This document shows, piece after piece, positions 34,929 to 38,044 of a stretch of DNA of 38,044 bases. Position numbers and translations under genes: made by a program. The DNA comes from an uncultured Planctomycetales bacterium. GTDB taxonomy: Bacteria; Planctomycetota; Phycisphaerae; UBA1845; Fen-1342. The first letter of the stretch is position 1. Every line of letters begins with the position of its first letter. The notes under the pieces were generated by a model. That model was given only the letters and a program-made list of their open reading frames with translations, ran no database searches and had not been told where the DNA came from. The stretch covers positions 1-38,044 of the forward strand of contig CAZDTB010000001.1 of the NCBI GenBank assembly GCA_964508075.1, given 5' to 3'.

Positions 34929-35202
34929 GCGCCGCTCCGCGGCAGCCCCACGCGTTTGCAGCCGGGCGCTGCGCGCCGCGCGCCATCTGCCTGGTGGCCG
35001 GCCGCGGGCCGATTTGCTCGCATCCTGTGACAATTCGGCCAAGCGCCGAGGGAAAACTTGGCCGTTGAGGCCAGCGGCGTGGGGGCCTGGTCGATAACGC
35101 AGTTGCAAGCGTAACATGCTGTCGCATATGCGGTTCTGCCCGGGGAGTGCGAGGATGTGGCGGCGCTGATTCAAAAAACATCCGAGAGGCCAGTAGTTTT
35201 CC

Positions 35203-35230
35203 TTGCTATTGCTCGTGAATCGAGTATATT
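35203..35230 (+). promoter_or_regulatory. near-consensus sigma70-type promoter upstream of the DUF1559-like gene
   Basis: TTGCTA (35203-35208), 16-nt spacer, TATATT (35225-35230), in a locally AT-richer stretch. This would give a ~240-nt leader before the ATG at 35475. Confidence 0.35.
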
Positions 35231-35474
35231 GCCGGTGTGGGGGGGACGCGGATGGGCGACCAGAGCGTCTCGGTCAGTCCGTGTTACACTTGTGATCGAG
35301 AAGCGGGGGCGGCTATGTTCATCTCGCCGCCTTCAAGCTTGGAATGCCGTCGTGCACACGATGCTTCTCGCGTTCAAACAGGAAACGGCCCATGATGAGA
35401 GCTTCGGCTCTCGTAACGCTGCTGTAATCGTGGAGCAAGCTGGACCGATCTCAACTGGTTGAGAGGAGTCAGTC

Positions 35475-36329
35475 ATGTCCCGCAGAGCTCAGGACACACG
35501 CGGTTTCACATTGATCGAGTTGCTCGTGGTGGTGGCGATCATCGCGCTGCTGATCTCGATCCTGCTCCCGTCCCTGGCACGGGCGCGCAAGCAGGCCAAA
35601 CGCTCGGTTTGCGCCAGCAACCTGCACCAGATCGGCTTGGCGATGCCGGCCTACCTTCAGGACAACGACGACTGGTATCCGGCCTGCTCGGATAACCCGG
35701 CCGATTTCGACCAGGTGGACGAGGACGGTGACCCGGTTGTGTACAACATGGTCTGGTTGTGGGCGGGGGACCATGCCAGAGCGGAGGAGTGGCAGGACTA
35801 CGACCGCCCCCCGCACAAGCGCGTCATGTACCCCTACATCCATCCCGAGTTCTTTTTATGTCCAGCGGATCGTATGGCGCCAGACTACTGGCCTGACGAT
35901 CCCAATTCGGAATGCGAAACCCTGCACGAAGCTACGGGCACGAGTTATCCGCTGAACGGCTATAACTGGGACGGGTTCGGGACCTGGCGACCCAGATCGT
36001 TCGGCCGGCTCGGCGTCCTTGGTCGCAAGGCTACGCACGCCACCAACCTCAAGTGCGTCGTCACCGGTGACGCCGTCATGGACGAGTACTTCGGTGATAT
36101 CGACCCGGGTTACGGGCTGCCGAACGGGTCCGGCATGCGCTGGCACGACGACAACGAGCCCTGGGCGAACCTGCTCTTCGTCGACGGGTCCGTCCAGTAC
36201 GTCTTGATGACGCGAAGCGACCGCGGCCGTCCCCCCAAGTACTACTGGTGGGAGAACAAGCACTTCTCGTTCTGTCCGACGGCTGTGGAGAAGCGTGACG
36301 AGTACCCGTGGTACCGGCCCGGCCAATAG
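35475..36329 (+). CDS. prepilin-type N-terminal cleavage/methylation domain protein, DUF1559-like (H-X-DG type)
   Basis: The ATG is preceded by GAGAGGAG with a 6-nt spacer. N-terminus [41 protein letters not shown], and near the C-terminus ..[21 protein letters not shown]. This is the planctomycete/verrucomicrobial pseudopilin-like family. Confidence 0.85.
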   Translation: MSRRAQDTRGFTLIELLVVVAIIALLISILLPSLARARKQAKRSVCASNLHQIGLAMPAYLQDNDDWYPACSDNPADFDQVDEDGDPVVYNMVWLWAGDHARAEEWQDYDRPPHKRVMYPYIHPEFFLCPADRMAPDYWPDDPNSECETLHEATGTSYPLNGYNWDGFGTWRPRSFGRLGVLGRKATHATNLKCVVTGDAVMDEYFGDIDPGYGLPNGSGMRWHDDNEPWANLLFVDGSVQYVLMTRSDRGRPPKYYWWENKHFSFCPTAVEKRDEYPWYRPGQ

Positions 36330-36483
36330 CGTGGAATTGAACCTCAGCCGATCCTCTCGCCACACCCAATGCCACCGGCTATCATCGTCTGCTGATGACC
36401 ACGGCAGACCCCCAGGTCTGCCTTGTTTTGGCGGCCAAGATGTCGTCGTAGTCTTTGGATTGCGCGGAGGGGTTGTTGCGAAT

Positions 36484-38044
36484 ATGTCTGAGTTTGAGTC
36501 AAACACTCCGCCTGGAAAGCAGGTCTACCTCAGCACACTTACGCCAACGTCAAGAACCTCCACGTTGCAGACTGATCGCAACGCCGCCGGAGGCGAGCTC
36601 GACCTGGGAGGCTTGGTGTTTCCACGCGGGCTGGGCGTGACGGGGACCACTGAGCTTGTCTACCGGCTGACGGAGGACTTCGCCCGGTTTGAGGCCTGGG
36701 TCGGTTTGGATAGCTCGTCGCCCGCGGGACGCGTTTCGTTCCAGGTATATACCGACGGCGAGTTGGGCTTTGACAGTGGACCGATGGAGCACGCAGCGCA
36801 GGGTGATACCGTCAACGCCGGCCGACCGGTCGGAGTGAAGGTCGCATTGGGGGACGTGAGCGAATTGCGTCTGGTGGTTCGCGAGTTCAACGGCGGCGGC
36901 GGCAGTGTCATGGCGGACTGGGGTGACGCGAAGCTAATACGCCCAGGCGCGACGCGTCCCCACGCGCGGTCTGTGCCGCCGCGCGACGCGCTCGCGTCGA
37001 CGCCGCCGATGGGCTGGAACAACTGGAACAACTTCGGCACGCAGATCAACGAAGAGCTGATCCGGGAAATGACCGACGCGCTGGTCGCCCGCGGATTGAA
37101 GGACGCCGGTTACCAGTACGTGTGCCTGGACGACGGCTGGCAGGGTGAGCGCGGCGATCAGTGGAATCAGACGAGGTTCCCGAATGGTATGAAGGCCGTC
37201 GGAGATTACATCCATTCCAGGGGGTTGAGATTCGGCATCTACTCCCGCCCGGCGTGGGTTCGCGGGGAGGAGGGGAAGGTCGCCGCGGCGTTCGCGCGCT
37301 GGGGAGTGGACTACCTCAAGTACGATTACAGCGACGTCAATGCCGAAGAGACCAACCGCAGGATGATCGCGGCGATTCGCGAGACCGGTCGTCCGATCGT
37401 TTTCAACATTTGCGAATGGGGCAAGAACCGGCCATGGGAATGGGGCGCCAAAGTCGACGCCCAGAGCTGGCGCGTCGCCTATGACGTAATCGACATGTGG
37501 GACGCGCCGCGTGATGACAACCGCGGCCTCGGCTTCATGCGAGCGGTCGACCAGACCGAGACCCTCGGACGCTTTCAGACACCGGGGCGCTGGAACGACC
37601 CCGACATGTTGGTCGTCGGCCTGAACGGCAATGGGTTCCTGAAGGGTGGGGGTTGCAGCTACGCCGAATATCGAACGCACTTCGGCCTCTGGTGTCTGCT
37701 CTCCGCGCCGCTGCTCGCCGCATGCGATCTGAGGAACATCGACGAGCAGACCAAGGCGATTCTCACCAACCCCGAGGTCATCGCTCTTGATCAGGATCCG
37801 CTCGGCACGGCGGCTTGGCGGGCCAGGAAGCTGGCCGAACTGGAAGTGTGGCAGAAGCCTCTCCATGATGGCGACTTGGCCGTCGGGTTACTCAATCGCG
37901 GCGACCGGCCGGCGGTGATTTCGGCGCGCTGGCTTGACCTGTGCATCACCGGCAAGCACCACGCACGCGACCTGTGGGCCAGGAGCGATCTCGGAGTGCA
38001 TGGCATGGGGATCGAACGAGAGGTCGCGAGCCACGAGATGCTGC
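36484..38044 (+). CDS. NPCBM-domain plus GH27 alpha-galactosidase, 3' end outside the window
   Basis: Not in the ORF track because there is no stop in the window. My translation from the ATG at 36484 is MSEFESNTPPGKQVYLSTLTP..LDLGGLVFPRGLGVTGTTELVYRL..FEAWVGLDSSS..VSFQVYTDG..MADWGDAKLI (NPCBM pattern). It then continues PPMGWNNWNNFGTQINEELIREMTDALVARGLKDAGYQYVCLDDGWQ..GVDYLKYDY.. (GH27 catalytic domain). Antisense track ORF 36934..37866 is rejected. Confidence 0.8.
   Translation, partial: MSEFESNTPPGKQVYLSTLTPTSRTSTLQTDRNAAGGELDLGGLVFPRGLGVTGTTELVYRLTEDFARFEAWVGLDSSSPAGRVSFQVYTDGELGFDSGPMEHAAQGDTVNAGRPVGVKVALGDVSELRLVVREFNGGGGSVMADWGDAKLIRPGATRPHARSVPPRDALASTPPMGWNNWNNFGTQINEELIREMTDALVARGLKDAGYQYVCLDDGWQGERGDQWNQTRFPNGMKAVGDYIHSRGLRFGIYSRPAWVRGEEGKVAAAFARWGVDYLKYDYSDVNAEETNRRMIAAIRETGRPIVFNICEWGKNRPWEWGAKVDAQSWRVAYDVIDMWDAPRDDNRGLGFMRAVDQTETLGRFQTPGRWNDPDMLVVGLNGNGFLKGGGCSYAEYRTHFGLWCLLSAPLLAACDLRNIDEQTKAILTNPEVIALDQDPLGTAAWRARKLAELEVWQKPLHDGDLAVGLLNRGDRPAVISARWLDLCITGKHHARDLWARSDLGVHGMGIEREVASHEML

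Noticed and set aside
31647-35174. Three long minus-strand ORFs (400, 340 and 438 aa)
   Set aside because: Antisense shadows of the KOW-like and GlmL-like genes. Their products are low-complexity and Arg/Gly/Asp-rich.
35157-35462. 101-aa plus-strand ORF in the long intergenic region
   Set aside because: It has no SD and no recognisable motif, and it spans the predicted promoter. The region is better explained as a leader or non-coding sequence.
36934-37866. 310-aa minus-strand ORF, the only track ORF covering the right edge
   Set aside because: The plus strand encodes an obvious NPCBM+GH27 alpha-galactosidase from the ATG at 36484. That gene is absent from the track only because it has no stop in the window.

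Overview
This is a high-GC (by eye about two-thirds G+C) bacterial chromosomal window. The gene content suggests Planctomycetota, possibly Phycisphaerae-like: two PEP-CTERM proteins, a DUF1559-type prepilin-like protein, a DUF1573 protein, a dockerin-tagged secreted enzyme, a CxxCGY..CPECG zinc-ribbon membrane protein and an orphan fliN. That placement is inferred from family distributions, not from a search. Most of the window is housekeeping: ftsY(partial)-nusB-ribH, ffh, truB, tilS, mutM, asnB, murJ, tRNA-Pro(CGG) and a three-subunit molybdenum hydroxylase. It also carries glycan enzymes (a GH38-like gene and a partial NPCBM+GH27 gene). Two window-edge genes (ftsY 1-204, GH27 36484-38044) are missing from the ORF track because they have no stop inside the window. 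Many long track ORFs are antisense shadow ORFs, as expected in high-GC DNA. I found no CRISPR array, rRNA, intact transposase or recognisable canonical defence system. Four things are most worth a second look. (1) Two tandem PEP-CTERM gene cassettes share a 51-nt 5' leader that is 49/51 identical, with a hairpin and an anti-Shine-Dalgarno layout. (2) A decayed islet lies next to tRNA-Pro: a four-helix-bundle (23S-rRNA-IVS/Avd-like) gene sits between the tRNA and a degenerate copy of its 3' half, with 43-bp direct repeats, an integrase pseudogene and a lower-GC zinc-ribbon membrane protein gene. (3) A two-gene module pairs a GlmL-like ASKHA ATPase with a barrel-hybrid/KOW protein, with no glutamate mutase genes nearby. 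(4) An ECF sigma/anti-sigma pair is divergent from a DUF1573-rhodanese-MauE operon. None of these can be shown to be novel from the sequence alone, and the checks that would decide each are listed with the finding.
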